Part shown: positions 31,277-41,232 of the stretch, one piece after another
Numbering within the stretch: position 1 is the stretch's first letter
Layout of the letters: the number at the start of each line of letters is the position of its first letter
Source: an uncultured Candidatus Saccharibacteria bacterium
GTDB lineage: Bacteria; Patescibacteriota; Minisyncoccia; Minisyncoccales; GWA2-38-27
Direction: 5' to 3'
Length of the DNA stretch: 64,000 nt
Assembly: GCA_964493085.1 (NCBI GenBank)
Contig: CAZBLV010000013.1
Span: forward strand, 2,033-66,032
Notes under the pieces: model-generated
Seen by the model: only the letters and a program-made list of their open reading frames with translations
What the model was told of the DNA's origin: nothing
Databases searched by the model: none
Translations under genes and position numbers: made by a program

Positions 31277-32899
31277 TTAGTGAATTTCTTCCTTTTTTTC
31301 CTTTAGGAAGTATCGCCATTGTTCTATGAATTCAACGAAAACCATAAAAGGCATATCTATAAGAGCGTTGAAAAAAGCCGAGATTACATTGTACTTTTTC
31401 CATCTTACAGTAAGCCACTTGCCAAGCTGGACCACTGGAACGGCGAAGGGGTCGAATATGAAATGAAAAAAAGTTTCTTTTTCCTCTATTATCTGCAACT
31501 CCTTGGATCTTTGCCTTATCTTGGCTCCGGCAAAAGCAATCAAAGAAAGGAATATGATAAAGATAACATGAGAGAGCGGAGGAAAGTTTACTTGATAAAG
31601 CCCCCATATTATTAACGTCAAGAAAGCAGCGGAGCTTAGAAGATAAATAAAATTAATTATAGAGCGGATAACTGTGCCACCTTTGCGATAGGCCTTGACT
31701 TCATAGATGTCTTCTATCTCTGTCTTGTAAGCTATCTTCATAATCTCAACTATTACCTGTTGGAGATTCTTCCTTTTGGGAGGTTTTATAGAAACCACTA
31801 GCAAGGCCATCAGCAAGGTAGGGACAAAGATGTCCACTCCGATAGCGAATAAGCTGAAGTTTCCCATTACGTATTTTGAAAAAGGGATTTCAATAGCAAG
31901 CAGAGAGACAATATTAGTTAAAAATATAGAAAGGGTAGAATAAAAAGCCGCTCTTCCAAGGCGCGACTTTAGGGTTTTGAGGCGATTTTTATATTTTTCT
32001 GTGGCTTTTTCTTCTAAAATTTCCGGGTCATTGATTTTTTCTTCTGCATCCAGGGGAAACTCTTCTATAACGTCTCCTAAAATAAGGTAAGGGGTATCGT
32101 ATTTTTCGCAAATTTGATAAAATTTGTCTCCCAGGGGATGAGCGAGATCTTTCTCCAGCCTATCCCAGACAGAATAAATGTTTTTAGTAATCTCTTCTGT
32201 CTCTTTTGGAGACTGATTTTTCCAGGTTGGATAGTAATATTTTAAAAGATGATAGCTTATAACAGGAGAATCTAAATTAAACAGGGCTCTTTGTACCGCG
32301 ATATATGTTTGGATGTTTTTTTCCTCCTCTGGTATTCCGTTCTTTACTATCAAGCCCTCGTTTATTCTTATCTTGTCTTTCATCTGGGAGAACATATAAT
32401 CAATTAATGCCCGCTCTTTGGAAGCAGAGGTGAGAATCTCTTCTATTTCGCAGGCCGCTATTGAAAACAGCCAGTTGTAAAGCCTTATCTTGGATTTTTT
32501 CTTTTGGGCAGGACTGTTATTAATAATATGGGTATATTTTTCAATTGTTCTCTGGACTTCTGCTATTTTTTCCTCTTCAATTTTATCGTTGGGAAAGTGG
32601 CCGCTCCTTATCAGGTCTAAGACCATGGGCTCTGCCAGGTTTTCCACTTCAAAACTGCCGCTTAATAGATCGGCTTTTGAATAGACTCTTCTTTTGAGTA
32701 TTCTCTCTATAGCCCCTCTTTTTAAGAGATGCTCTTCTTTCCAGTCGATAATGCCCCTTAGCTTTTCATAAAAAGCCGCTACCTTAGAGGCTACTTCGTC
32801 CACATGGATTGTGTTTGCTTCTTTTGCGGGCTTCAAAGACCGGCTCCAGGCCTCGTATCTCGCTATTAGCTTTTTAGTTGCCTCGGAAATTTCTTTCAT
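31277..32899 (-). CDS. hypothetical polytopic membrane protein (540 aa)
   Basis: Long ORF with a ~300-aa soluble helical N-terminal region followed by several TM helices. No motif recognised. Confidence 0.6.
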   Translation of the reverse strand: MKEISEATKKLIARYEAWSRSLKPAKEANTIHVDEVASKVAAFYEKLRGIIDWKEEHLLKRGAIERILKRRVYSKADLLSGSFEVENLAEPMVLDLIRSGHFPNDKIEEEKIAEVQRTIEKYTHIINNSPAQKKKSKIRLYNWLFSIAACEIEEILTSASKERALIDYMFSQMKDKIRINEGLIVKNGIPEEEKNIQTYIAVQRALFNLDSPVISYHLLKYYYPTWKNQSPKETEEITKNIYSVWDRLEKDLAHPLGDKFYQICEKYDTPYLILGDVIEEFPLDAEEKINDPEILEEKATEKYKNRLKTLKSRLGRAAFYSTLSIFLTNIVSLLAIEIPFSKYVMGNFSLFAIGVDIFVPTLLMALLVVSIKPPKRKNLQQVIVEIMKIAYKTEIEDIYEVKAYRKGGTVIRSIINFIYLLSSAAFLTLIIWGLYQVNFPPLSHVIFIIFLSLIAFAGAKIRQRSKELQIIEEKETFFHFIFDPFAVPVVQLGKWLTVRWKKYNVISAFFNALIDMPFMVFVEFIEQWRYFLKEKKEEIH

Positions 32900-32901
32900 G
32901 T

Positions 32902-34617
32902 CTATTTTTTTTCTTCAATTTCTTTTTTTATTCTTTTTATAAAAGTGGCTATTTTTATCATTCCAAGATCTCCTTCTTTTCTTTTTCTTACTCTGACGGA
33001 TTCGCTTTTTTTCTCTTTGTCTCCGACAATAAGGATATAGGGGATTTTTTGTTTTTCTCCTTCCCGAATTTTTCTGCCGACAGTTTCAGCTCTTGTTTTT
33101 GCTTCACTCCTTATATTGTTATCGCTTAATTCTTTTTGGATTTTTTCTGCATACTTTCTGTGGCTGGATCCGACTGGCACTACCGAAACCTGGACAGGGG
33201 ATAGCCACAAAGGAAAAGCGCCTGCGTAATGTTCTATTAAAACGCCCGTAAACCTCTCTATGCTTCCTAGAAGAGCTCTGTGTATCATAAAGGGTTCTCT
33301 CTTTTCTCCTTTTTTGTCAGTGTAATTAATGCCGAATCTTTGTGGCAAATTAAAATCAAATTGAATAGTAGTACACTGCCATTCTCTTCCCAGAGAATCC
33401 TTAATTTTGATATCGATTTTAGGGCCGTAGAAAACGCCGCCTCCTTGGTCTGTTTCATAATTTAATTTTTGTTCTTCCAAAACCTTTTTAAGGGTATCAG
33501 TGGCGTGTTTCCAGCTCTTAAGGGAACCAGCATATTTTTCGGGTCGGGTAGAGAGATATATATTGTATTCTTTAAATCCAAAGTTCTTTAGTATTTCAAG
33601 GCCGTATTTTACTAGTTTTTCAACCTCCTTCTTTATCTGTTCTGGGGTACAAAAAATATGGGCATCGTCTTGGGTAAAGCCTCTGACCCTGGTTAATCCG
33701 TGAAGAGTGCCCGATCTTTCGTATCTATAAACGGTTCCCAGTTCTGCAAAATAGATAGGTAAGTCTCTGTAGCTCCGGATTTTAGAGCTGTAAGCTTTAA
33801 CATGGAAAGGGCAATTCATGGGCTTTAGAAGGTATTTTTCTTTATCAATTTCTATGGGAGAATAAAGATTTTCTTTATAAAAGTTCCAATGTCCGGATTT
33901 TTTCCACAAATCTATTTTTCCTATATGGGGAGTATAAAGCCATTTGTAGCCCTGCTTGGTTAGCTTCTCTTTCAAATGATTCTCCATAACGTTTCTTAAG
34001 GCAGACCCTCTTGGTAACCAAACAGGGAGGCCCATTCCTACTTCTTCATCTAAAAGAAAAAGCTCTAACTCTCTTCCCAGTTTTCTGTGGTCTCTTTTTT
34101 CTGCTTCTTTTTGAAGTTCAAGGTATTTTTGAAGGTCTTTTTTGTTTTCAAAAGCAACTCCGTAAATTCTGGTGAGCATAGGATTTTTTTCGTCTCCTCT
34201 CCAATAAGCTCCGGCTACTTTTGTTAGCTTAAAGTTAGCCGGATTTATTTCTTTGGCAAACTTAACATGAGGACCTTTGCAAAGGTCGACAAAGTCTCCG
34301 CTTTCGTAAACAGTTACTTTCTCGGCCGGCATCTCCCTGATCAGCTCTTTTTTATAGGGCTGGTTTTTGAAAAGGGTTTTTGCTTTTTCTTTAGAGACCG
34401 TCTTTTTTTTGAAAGGTATGTTCTTTTTGATAATCCTTTTCATTTCTTTTTCTATCTTTGGCAGATCAGTCGGAGAAATTTTCTGAGGCAGTTCAATGTC
34501 ATAGTAAAAACCATTCTCAATAGCAGGACCTATGCCGAATTTGGATTCGGGATAAAGATTCTGAACAGCTGCAGCTAAAATATGAGCTAAAGAGTGTCTT
34601 ATATTATTTATTTCCAT
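32902..34617 (-). CDS. thrS: threonyl-tRNA synthetase lacking the N-terminal TGS domain
   Basis: It begins at the editing-domain motif RHSLAHIL. Further motifs: GFYYD, CKGPHV, AGAYWRGD, RDHRKLG, class II motifs, and an anticodon-binding C-terminus. Confidence 0.9.
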   Translation of the reverse strand: MEINNIRHSLAHILAAAVQNLYPESKFGIGPAIENGFYYDIELPQKISPTDLPKIEKEMKRIIKKNIPFKKKTVSKEKAKTLFKNQPYKKELIREMPAEKVTVYESGDFVDLCKGPHVKFAKEINPANFKLTKVAGAYWRGDEKNPMLTRIYGVAFENKKDLQKYLELQKEAEKRDHRKLGRELELFLLDEEVGMGLPVWLPRGSALRNVMENHLKEKLTKQGYKWLYTPHIGKIDLWKKSGHWNFYKENLYSPIEIDKEKYLLKPMNCPFHVKAYSSKIRSYRDLPIYFAELGTVYRYERSGTLHGLTRVRGFTQDDAHIFCTPEQIKKEVEKLVKYGLEILKNFGFKEYNIYLSTRPEKYAGSLKSWKHATDTLKKVLEEQKLNYETDQGGGVFYGPKIDIKIKDSLGREWQCTTIQFDFNLPQRFGINYTDKKGEKREPFMIHRALLGSIERFTGVLIEHYAGAFPLWLSPVQVSVVPVGSSHRKYAEKIQKELSDNNIRSEAKTRAETVGRKIREGEKQKIPYILIVGDKEKKSESVRVRKRKEGDLGMIKIATFIKRIKKEIEEKK

Positions 34618-34649
34618 GTTTTTAGTTTAATACTTTTTGGGGATGAAAT

Positions 34650-37600
34650 CTAGGAAAATCCTACAATTTCTTCAATGTTTTCTGCAATAAGCTTTACCTC
34701 TCCTTGCCTGTTGTCTACCCGGGCTGAAACAAAAACGACTTTATTCTCTTCGAAGATAGCAGGATTTTTTGACATAATGCTCGGGAAAACAACCACCTCT
34801 CTTCTTCCGGTTAGGTCTTCGAGCTGCATAAAAAGCATTGATTTTCCGTTTTTGGTAAGTATTTTTTTAACTCCAGAAACAATTCCTCCCACCCTTACTC
34901 TTCTATTAACCAGAGAATCCTCTATTTTCGCCAAAGGAAGGGCATTCTTCTTAAAAACCTCTCTATAATCTTCTAGGGGATGAGAGCTGATATAAAGGCC
35001 AAGCAACTCTTTTTCCCAGCCCAGCTTTTTGAGATTAGAAATAGGCTCTGCTGCAGCTAAAGTAAGGTGAACATTAAAGCTTCCTTTGTCAAACAATCCT
35101 TTTTGTCCGTTCTTTTTTGTTTTGCTTTTTTCTCTGATTGCTTCCAATATTCTTTCCGTGTTTTGGAGCAGGCGGTTTCTTTCTTCAAAGCTGTCGAAAA
35201 CTCCGGCCCTGATTAAGCTTTCCAGGGACTTTTTGTTTAAAACAGAGCTGTCCATTCTTTCTGTGAAGTCTCCAATTGATTTAAAGGGCCCTCTTTCTTT
35301 TTTCTCTTTAACAATAGCGTCTACTACGTTCTCTCCGACATTCTTAATCGCTAAGAGACCGAACCGAATCTGTTTTTTGTCCGTGATAACAGTAAAGTTT
35401 TTCAAGCTTTCATTGAGATTGGGGGCGAGAGTTTCAATATTCATCTTACGGGCGTCATCAATAAGAATGGCGATTTTTTCTACATCGTTTTTCTCAGCAG
35501 TCATTAAAGAAGCCATGAATTCTACCGGATAGCGAGCCTTTAAGTAAGCTGTCTGGTAGGCGATCATAGCGTAAGCTGCGCTATGCGACTTATTAAATCC
35601 GTATCTGGCAAAAGGAAGAATCCATTGCCATATTTTCTGGCCCACCTCTTTTTTTATTCCGTTTTTGACCGTGCCGTCAATAAATTTCTTTTTCTGGCTG
35701 TGAAGAAGTTTTTCTATTTTTTTGCCTACTGCCTTTCTCAGTATATCAGCTTCTGACAGGCTGAATCCTGCTATTTCTCTGGCAATCTGCATCAATTGTT
35801 CTTGGTAAATGCAAATCCCGTTTGTTTCTTTAAGGATAGGCTTAAGTTTTGGGTGGAGATATTCGGTTTTTTGGCGGCCGTGCCTTCTTTCAATAAAGTC
35901 CGGCAGAAATTGCATAGGTCCTGGCCGGTAAAGAGCAACCATGGCAACAATATCTTCAAACTTAACCGGCTTTAATTGTTTTAGGAATCTTTTCATGCCC
36001 CCTGATTCCAGTTGAAAAACGCCCGTGGTGTTTGCTTCTTGCAAAAGCTGGAAAGTTTTTTCATCGTCAAGAGGTATGTTTTCAATGTCTACTTTTTCTT
36101 TGTTTCTTACTACGTAAATTCTGGCTAAAGTATCTTCAATAATAGTAAGGTTTTTCAATCCCAGGAAATCCATTTTCAACAATCCGAGGTCTTCAATGGC
36201 GTGCATTTCATACTGGGTTACTATTGTTTCATCGTTTTGCGTCGGATGCTGGAGGGGGACTGAAGCAGTGAGGGGGTCTGCAGAAATTACAACGCCGCAG
36301 GCGTGGGTGGAAGCGTGCCTGGCTACTCCTTCCAGTTTCTGGGCCAGATCTATTAGTCTTTTGGCTTGTTCGTCTGAATCATAGAGGTCTTTAAATTCTT
36401 TTATTTTTTCCAGCGTTTCTTTCAGAGAAAAGCCGAAGGGTATCATTTTTGCCAGTTTGTCGCAGTATCCGTAACTATACTGCAAAACTCTGCCCACATC
36501 TCTTATTACGGCTCTGGCTGCCATGGTTCCAAACGTTATAATCTGGGCCACTCTTTCTCTTCCGTATTTTTGGGAAACGTAAGATATCACCTCGTCCCTT
36601 CTTCTGTCGGCGAAATCAAGATCAATGTCCGGCATAGAAATTCTTTCCGGATTTAAAAATCTTTCGAAGAGAAGATCGTACTTAAGGGGATTGATGTTAG
36701 TAATGCTTAAAAGATAAGCCACCAAAGACCCTCCGACAGAACCTCTTCCCGGGCCCACAACAATGCGGTTTTCTTTGGCCCAGTTAACAAAATCTTGGAC
36801 TATAAGAAAGTAGGAGGCAAATCCCGTTTGCTTGATTACGGATAATTCGTATTCTAGGCGGTCTGTTATTTCTTTTTTGTAATTTTTTCCGAATTTTTCT
36901 TTTAGCCCCTTGTAACATAATTCTTTTAAGTACTGATCTGCCGTTTTTTTGTCTGGGAGGTCGAATTTAGGCAGTTTTGTTTTTCCCAATTCGAACTCAA
37001 AGTTGCACTTTTCTGTTATTTTTTGGGTGTTTTTTATCGCTTCAGGAATATCTTTGAAGGCCTCCTTCATCTCCTCTTCTGACTTTAAAGAAAGATCTTC
37101 TGTTTTCATGGTAAGGCGTTCGGGGTCGTTTAGGTCAGCTCCGGTGTTTATCATCATCAAGATGTCTTGGGCCTGCCCGTCTTCTGTTTTTAAATAATGG
37201 ACGTCATTGGTGGCCACCAAGGGAATGTCGAGCTTTTTTGCCATAGGAATTAATATTTTGTTTGCCTTTACCTGGTTTTCATTTTTTGGATGGTGCTGGA
37301 TTTCAAGATAAAAGTCATCCTTAAAAATCTCTTTATATCTTAAGGCAGCCTTTTCAGCTTCCTCTTCTTTCCCGGCCAGAATAAGACGCGGGACTTTTCC
37401 TTGGATACAAGCTGAGCAGGCCACTAGTCCCTCGGAGTAATCTTTTAGAATTTCTTCATCTACTCTCGGCTTATAATAAAATCCCTCAAGATGGGCTTTA
37501 GTAACAAGCTTTACCAGGTTTTCGTAGCCTTTTTTGTTCTTGGCAAGCAGGAGAAGGTGGTATCTTGTGTCGTCAATCCTGGGTCTCTTTTGGCGCCTTC

Positions 37601-37820
37601 CCTCAAAGGCTTGATAGACCTCGCAGCCGATAATTGGCTTTATCCCTTTTTCTTTGGCTTTTTGAAAAAACTCTACGGCCCCGTACATTACCCCGTGATC
37701 GGTGAGAGCCAAAGAGTTCATCCCCAATTCTTTGGCGTAATTTAAGAGTTCTTCGGGTTTGGCCAGCCCGTCCAGCAAAGAATAGTGGGAGTGGACATGT
37801 AAATGAGTAAACTGGGGCAT
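34650..37820 (-). CDS. dnaE: DNA polymerase III alpha subunit
   Basis: PHP domain FTHLHVHSHYSLLDG; palm motifs PDIDLDF and GLLKMDFLGL; OB fold at the C-terminus. Confidence 0.95.
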   Translation of the reverse strand: MPQFTHLHVHSHYSLLDGLAKPEELLNYAKELGMNSLALTDHGVMYGAVEFFQKAKEKGIKPIIGCEVYQAFEGRRQKRPRIDDTRYHLLLLAKNKKGYENLVKLVTKAHLEGFYYKPRVDEEILKDYSEGLVACSACIQGKVPRLILAGKEEEAEKAALRYKEIFKDDFYLEIQHHPKNENQVKANKILIPMAKKLDIPLVATNDVHYLKTEDGQAQDILMMINTGADLNDPERLTMKTEDLSLKSEEEMKEAFKDIPEAIKNTQKITEKCNFEFELGKTKLPKFDLPDKKTADQYLKELCYKGLKEKFGKNYKKEITDRLEYELSVIKQTGFASYFLIVQDFVNWAKENRIVVGPGRGSVGGSLVAYLLSITNINPLKYDLLFERFLNPERISMPDIDLDFADRRRDEVISYVSQKYGRERVAQIITFGTMAARAVIRDVGRVLQYSYGYCDKLAKMIPFGFSLKETLEKIKEFKDLYDSDEQAKRLIDLAQKLEGVARHASTHACGVVISADPLTASVPLQHPTQNDETIVTQYEMHAIEDLGLLKMDFLGLKNLTIIEDTLARIYVVRNKEKVDIENIPLDDEKTFQLLQEANTTGVFQLESGGMKRFLKQLKPVKFEDIVAMVALYRPGPMQFLPDFIERRHGRQKTEYLHPKLKPILKETNGICIYQEQLMQIAREIAGFSLSEADILRKAVGKKIEKLLHSQKKKFIDGTVKNGIKKEVGQKIWQWILPFARYGFNKSHSAAYAMIAYQTAYLKARYPVEFMASLMTAEKNDVEKIAILIDDARKMNIETLAPNLNESLKNFTVITDKKQIRFGLLAIKNVGENVVDAIVKEKKERGPFKSIGDFTERMDSSVLNKKSLESLIRAGVFDSFEERNRLLQNTERILEAIREKSKTKKNGQKGLFDKGSFNVHLTLAAAEPISNLKKLGWEKELLGLYISSHPLEDYREVFKKNALPLAKIEDSLVNRRVRVGGIVSGVKKILTKNGKSMLFMQLEDLTGRREVVVFPSIMSKNPAIFEENKVVFVSARVDNRQGEVKLIAENIEEIVGFS

Positions 37821-37915
37821 GATTTAAGCATTTTAACTTTATTATAGCGAGAAATCAAGCTCTTCCGGCCTGTTGCCAGTTAAGTCGGGCATGATATTGT
37901 GTTAAGATATATAAA

Positions 37916-38563
37916 ATGGGAAATCTTAATTTCAAAGAAGAAAAAAGAGCCTGGCGGCAAGGCCACAAAAACATCACAGGAATAGATGAATCTGGAAGAG
38001 GGTGCTTGGCAGGGCCCGTGGTTGCTGCAGCCATTTCTCTGGAAAAGCCCTCCAATTATTTTTTAAAAAAGCTTCCTGGATTAAACGATTCCAAGAAGAT
38101 GTCTTCCCGACAGAGAGAAAAGATTTTTGAGATTGCCAGGGAAGACCCACAGATAAAATGGAGCGTTTCCAAGGTTTCAGAAAAGACCATAGACCGGATT
38201 AACATATTAGAAGCAGCCAAACTGGCTATGAAAAGAGCAGTTTTGGGCCTGGACAAGGAGTCAGATTTTCTTTTGATAGACGGAACCAGCAGGCTGGATC
38301 TCGGCATTCTTCAAAAAACCGTTGTCAGGGGAGACGGCAGTGTTTTTTCCTGTGCCCTGGCTTCTGTTTTTGCGAAAGTTGTCAGGGACAGGGCCATGGT
38401 AAAATATCATAAGAAATACCCTTTTTACGGATTTGACAAGCATAAAGGATATTCAACCAAGCTTCATCAGCAGAGGATTAATCAATACGGTCTTTGCAGA
38501 ATTCACAGAAAAAGCTACAGCCCCTGTCAAAAAGCCCTTGCCAAAAAAGGATTTTCTTGCTAG
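37916..38563 (+). CDS. rnhB: ribonuclease HII
   Basis: GIDESGRGCLAGPVVAAA; DSKKMS; GYSTKLH. Confidence 0.9.
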   Translation: MGNLNFKEEKRAWRQGHKNITGIDESGRGCLAGPVVAAAISLEKPSNYFLKKLPGLNDSKKMSSRQREKIFEIAREDPQIKWSVSKVSEKTIDRINILEAAKLAMKRAVLGLDKESDFLLIDGTSRLDLGILQKTVVRGDGSVFSCALASVFAKVVRDRAMVKYHKKYPFYGFDKHKGYSTKLHQQRINQYGLCRIHRKSYSPCQKALAKKGFSC

Positions 38564-38576
38564 GTTATAAGATAAT

Positions 38577-38855
38577 ATGGCAGTTCCAAAGCAAAGAAAA
38601 ACAAAATCAAGGAGAGACAAAAGAAGAATGCATCTTTTTATTGGAAAGCCGAGTTTGGCTACCTGTCCCAAGTGCGGCGCTTTTGTCAGACCTCATACCG
38701 CCTGTTCCAAGTGCGGGTTTTACAGAGGCAGGGAAGCAATCAATGTTTTGGAAAAGATGGACAAGAAAGAAAGGAAGAAAAAAGAAAAGGAAATGGCAGA
38801 ACAGGAAAAGCAGAGCAGCAAGCCCTTGAATATGGAAGAAATGTCTAAAGAATAA
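38577..38855 (+). CDS. rpmF: ribosomal protein L32 with KE-rich C-terminal tail
   Basis: [17 protein letters not shown]...[22 protein letters not shown], followed by a ~35-aa Lys/Glu-rich tail. Confidence 0.9.
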   Translation: MAVPKQRKTKSRRDKRRMHLFIGKPSLATCPKCGAFVRPHTACSKCGFYRGREAINVLEKMDKKERKKKEKEMAEQEKQSSKPLNMEEMSKE

Positions 38856-38859
38856 CATT

Positions 38860-39288
38860 ATGGCCTCTCGTCATTTATCCCGTTCAATTGCGATGCAAAG
38901 TCTTTATGAATGGGATTTCTACGGAAAGAAAAAAGGGGTTTTGGAAGAGATAACAGAAAGAAACATCAAAGAATTCGGTCCTGGCCTACAAGACAGTTCT
39001 TTTGTAAAACAGCTAATTAATGGCGTCGTTTCCAAGATAGACAAAATAGACGGAATAATAGAAAAAGCAGCTCCGGAATGGCCGATTGAACAAATCACTA
39101 TAGTAGACAGGAATGTATTGAGGTTGGGCCTTTTTGAATTGTTGTTCAGCGACAAAAGAGAAGTTCCTCCGAAAGTAGCTATTAACGAGTCTATAGAATT
39201 GGCCAAAAAGTTCGGGGGAGAAAGTTCCGGGAAATTTATTAATGGAGTTCTGGGAACGGTTTATAAGCAAATGCAAGAAGAAAAATGA
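38860..39288 (+). CDS. nusB: transcription antitermination factor NusB
   Basis: [14 protein letters not shown]...[15 protein letters not shown]...[12 protein letters not shown]. Confidence 0.85.
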   Translation: MASRHLSRSIAMQSLYEWDFYGKKKGVLEEITERNIKEFGPGLQDSSFVKQLINGVVSKIDKIDGIIEKAAPEWPIEQITIVDRNVLRLGLFELLFSDKREVPPKVAINESIELAKKFGGESSGKFINGVLGTVYKQMQEEK

Positions 39289-40013
39289 AAAATTCCTCTC
39301 TTCCGAGCAGCCAAGAATCTCTAAAAGAGAAGTTTGGCTGGTTGGAAAAGAAAATAAACATAAGGTTTAAAAACAAAAACCTTCTTATCCAAGCCTTTGT
39401 CCACCGATCTTTTTTAAATGAGGTTCCGGAAGAAGGAATGAAACACAATGAGCGCTTGGAGTTTTTGGGAGATGCCGTCTTAGAGCATATTGTTACGGTT
39501 TTCCTTTTCAAAAAATATCCAGAAGAGTCCGAGGGGACGCTAACTGCCTGGCGAGCCGCTCTGGTTAATTCTAAGACATTGGCTGAGTGCGCAGAGGAAT
39601 TGGGGTTTGAAGAGTTTCTTCTGCTTTCCAGAGGAGAAAACAACGATAATCGCAAGTCTAAGCAGTTTATCTTAGCAAACACTCTCGAGGCCTTTATCGG
39701 CGCCCTATACCTTGACCGAGGCTTAAAGGTATGCGATAGTTTCATTAACGAAAATCTTATTAAAAAACTAGATAACATTATAGCGAACAAGCTGTTTCTG
39801 GACTCCAAGTCTCATTTCCAAGAAATGGCTCAGGAGAAAAAAGGAGTTACCCCTACCTACAGAGTGGTTAGGGAGTGGGGTCCGGATCATGCCAAGCATT
39901 TTGTTGTCGGAGTCTGCCTTGGCAGAGAATTAGTGGCAAAGGGAGAGGGTCTCTCTAAGCAAGAAGCAGAGGAAGAGGCAGCAGAGAAAGCGCTTAAAAT
40001 AAAGAATTGGTAA
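39285..40013 (+). CDS. rnc: ribonuclease III
   Basis: Signature [15 protein letters not shown] and a C-terminal dsRBD ([12 protein letters not shown]...[14 protein letters not shown]). Confidence 0.9.
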   Translation: MKNSSLPSSQESLKEKFGWLEKKINIRFKNKNLLIQAFVHRSFLNEVPEEGMKHNERLEFLGDAVLEHIVTVFLFKKYPEESEGTLTAWRAALVNSKTLAECAEELGFEEFLLLSRGENNDNRKSKQFILANTLEAFIGALYLDRGLKVCDSFINENLIKKLDNIIANKLFLDSKSHFQEMAQEKKGVTPTYRVVREWGPDHAKHFVVGVCLGRELVAKGEGLSKQEAEEEAAEKALKIKNW

Positions 40014-40017
40014 AAAT

Positions 40018-40716
40018 ATGCTAACAATAAGACTATTCCCAAAAGGAAGAAAAAACCAGCCGTTTTTCAAGATTGTCGTTACAGCCAAAGAAAATCCTCC
40101 AAAAGGAGGGCGTTTTGTGGAAGAAATCGGTTTTGTCAATCCTCTAACAAAAGAAAAAAAAGTTGACAAAGAAAAAGCAAAACATTGGCTTTCTGTAGGG
40201 GCCAAGCCCTCAGATACGGTTTACAATCTTCTTATAGAAGAAAAGATTTTGGAAGGCAAGAAGACCCCCCTTCATAAAAAGAAAAAGAAGTCTGAAGAAG
40301 AAGAAAAAACCGAAGATCAGGGGGCAGAACAAGCTTCAAAAGAAGAAGTCCCCGAGAAAAAACCGGAAGAAACTTCCAAGGAGGCCACCAAAGAAGGGGA
40401 GACGGCAAACAAATCCCCCGAAGAAGGACCGCAGGAAGCCCCGAAAGAAGAGGAATCCTCTAAAGAAGAACCAGTAAAGGAGTCCGCCGAGAAGGAGGAG
40501 GGAGAAGTTCAAAAGGAAGAAACTTCCACTGAGGCCGCCAAAGAAGAGGAATCCTTTAAAGAAGAACCAGTAAAGGAGTCCGCCGAGAAGGAGGAGGGAG
40601 AAGTTCGAAAGGAAGAAACTTCCACTGAAGCCCCCAAAGAAGAGGAAGCTTCGAAAGAAGAACCAGCGAAAAAACAACAGGGCAGTGGAGAGAAAGAGGA
40701 GATTAAAAAGGAGTAG
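40018..40716 (+). CDS. rpsP: ribosomal protein S16 with ~150-aa repetitive KE-rich C-terminal extension
   Basis: The N-terminal 80 aa (MLTIRLFPKGRKNQPFFKIVV...HWLSVGAKPSDTV) is S16. The remainder is low-complexity E/K/S/P sequence. Confidence 0.9.
   Translation: MLTIRLFPKGRKNQPFFKIVVTAKENPPKGGRFVEEIGFVNPLTKEKKVDKEKAKHWLSVGAKPSDTVYNLLIEEKILEGKKTPLHKKKKKSEEEEKTEDQGAEQASKEEVPEKKPEETSKEATKEGETANKSPEEGPQEAPKEEESSKEEPVKESAEKEEGEVQKEETSTEAAKEEESFKEEPVKESAEKEEGEVRKEETSTEAPKEEEASKEEPAKKQQGSGEKEEIKKE
40444..40670 (+). repeat. 96-nt coding tandem repeat (about 2.4 copies) inside rpsP
   Basis: Units start at 40444, 40540 and 40636. They encode EESSKEEPVKESAEKEEGEVQKEETSTEAAK and EESFKEEPVKESAEKEEGEVRKEETSTEAPK. 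Confidence 0.85.
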
Positions 40717-40724
40717 ATCGTTGC

Positions 40725-40752
40725 TTGACAATTGTTTTCAAAAAGATATAAT
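40725..40752 (+). promoter_or_regulatory. consensus sigma70 promoter between rpsP and the KH-domain gene
   Basis: TTGACA (40725-40730), 16-nt spacer, TATAAT (40747-40752). A leader hairpin GCGTTTTGAAT-tgacgag-ATTCAAACGC follows at 40768-40795. Confidence 0.55.
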
Positions 40753-40835
40753 GCGGCTTAGAAAGTAGCGTTTTGAATTGACGAGATTCAAACGCTCGAA
40801 AGGTCGTTTAATCAGTTTGATTTGCGAAATTGATC

Positions 40836-41168
40836 ATGGCAAAAGAACAAGACCAGGAATTTCTTGAATTTTTAGTAAAATCCTTGGTTGATCATCCCGA
40901 TGATGTAAAAATTGAGAGGAAAGTTGACGAAATGGGAGTACTTCTTACTCTAAGAGTCCACTCCGAAGACATGGGGCAGATAATCGGGAAGGCAGGTTCT
41001 ACCGCTAGGGCAATTAGATCTTTGGTTCGCGTTGTTGGCCTTAAAAACCACGCCAGAGTTAACCTAAAGATAGAAGAACCTGAAGGCGGAAGAGCTAGAC
41101 CAGCTTCTTCTGAGAAGAAAGAAGAAGAAGGAGGATCATCCGAAGGGTTAGAAGACCTAAAACTGTAA
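40836..41168 (+). CDS. KH-domain RNA-binding protein (YlqC/UPF0109-like)
   Basis: LVKSLVDHPDDVKIE...GQIIGKAGSTARAIRSLV (GxxG KH motif). It occupies the canonical position between rpsP and trmD. Confidence 0.8.
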   Translation: MAKEQDQEFLEFLVKSLVDHPDDVKIERKVDEMGVLLTLRVHSEDMGQIIGKAGSTARAIRSLVRVVGLKNHARVNLKIEEPEGGRARPASSEKKEEEGGSSEGLEDLKL

Positions 41169-41193
41169 ACTTTTCGTTTGCATTAAACAAAGG

Positions 41194-41227
41194 CAGTGCT
41201 ACTATTATTGGTAGCACTGTTTTGTTT
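41194..41227 (+). terminator. rho-independent terminator-like hairpin abutting the trmD start
   Basis: CAGTGCTAC-tattattg-GTAGCACTG followed by TTTTGTTT. The trmD ATG is at 41233. Confidence 0.55.
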
Positions 41228-41232
41228 AAAAT

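Noticed and set aside
40336-40731. A 131-aa minus-strand ORF, and the repetitive DNA in this region as a possible CRISPR or non-coding array.
   Set aside because: It lies antisense to the KE-rich rpsP tail, so it is a low-complexity shadow ORF. The repeats are contiguous 96-nt in-frame coding units without spacers, so they are not CRISPR-like. No CRISPR array or cas gene is visible anywhere in the window.
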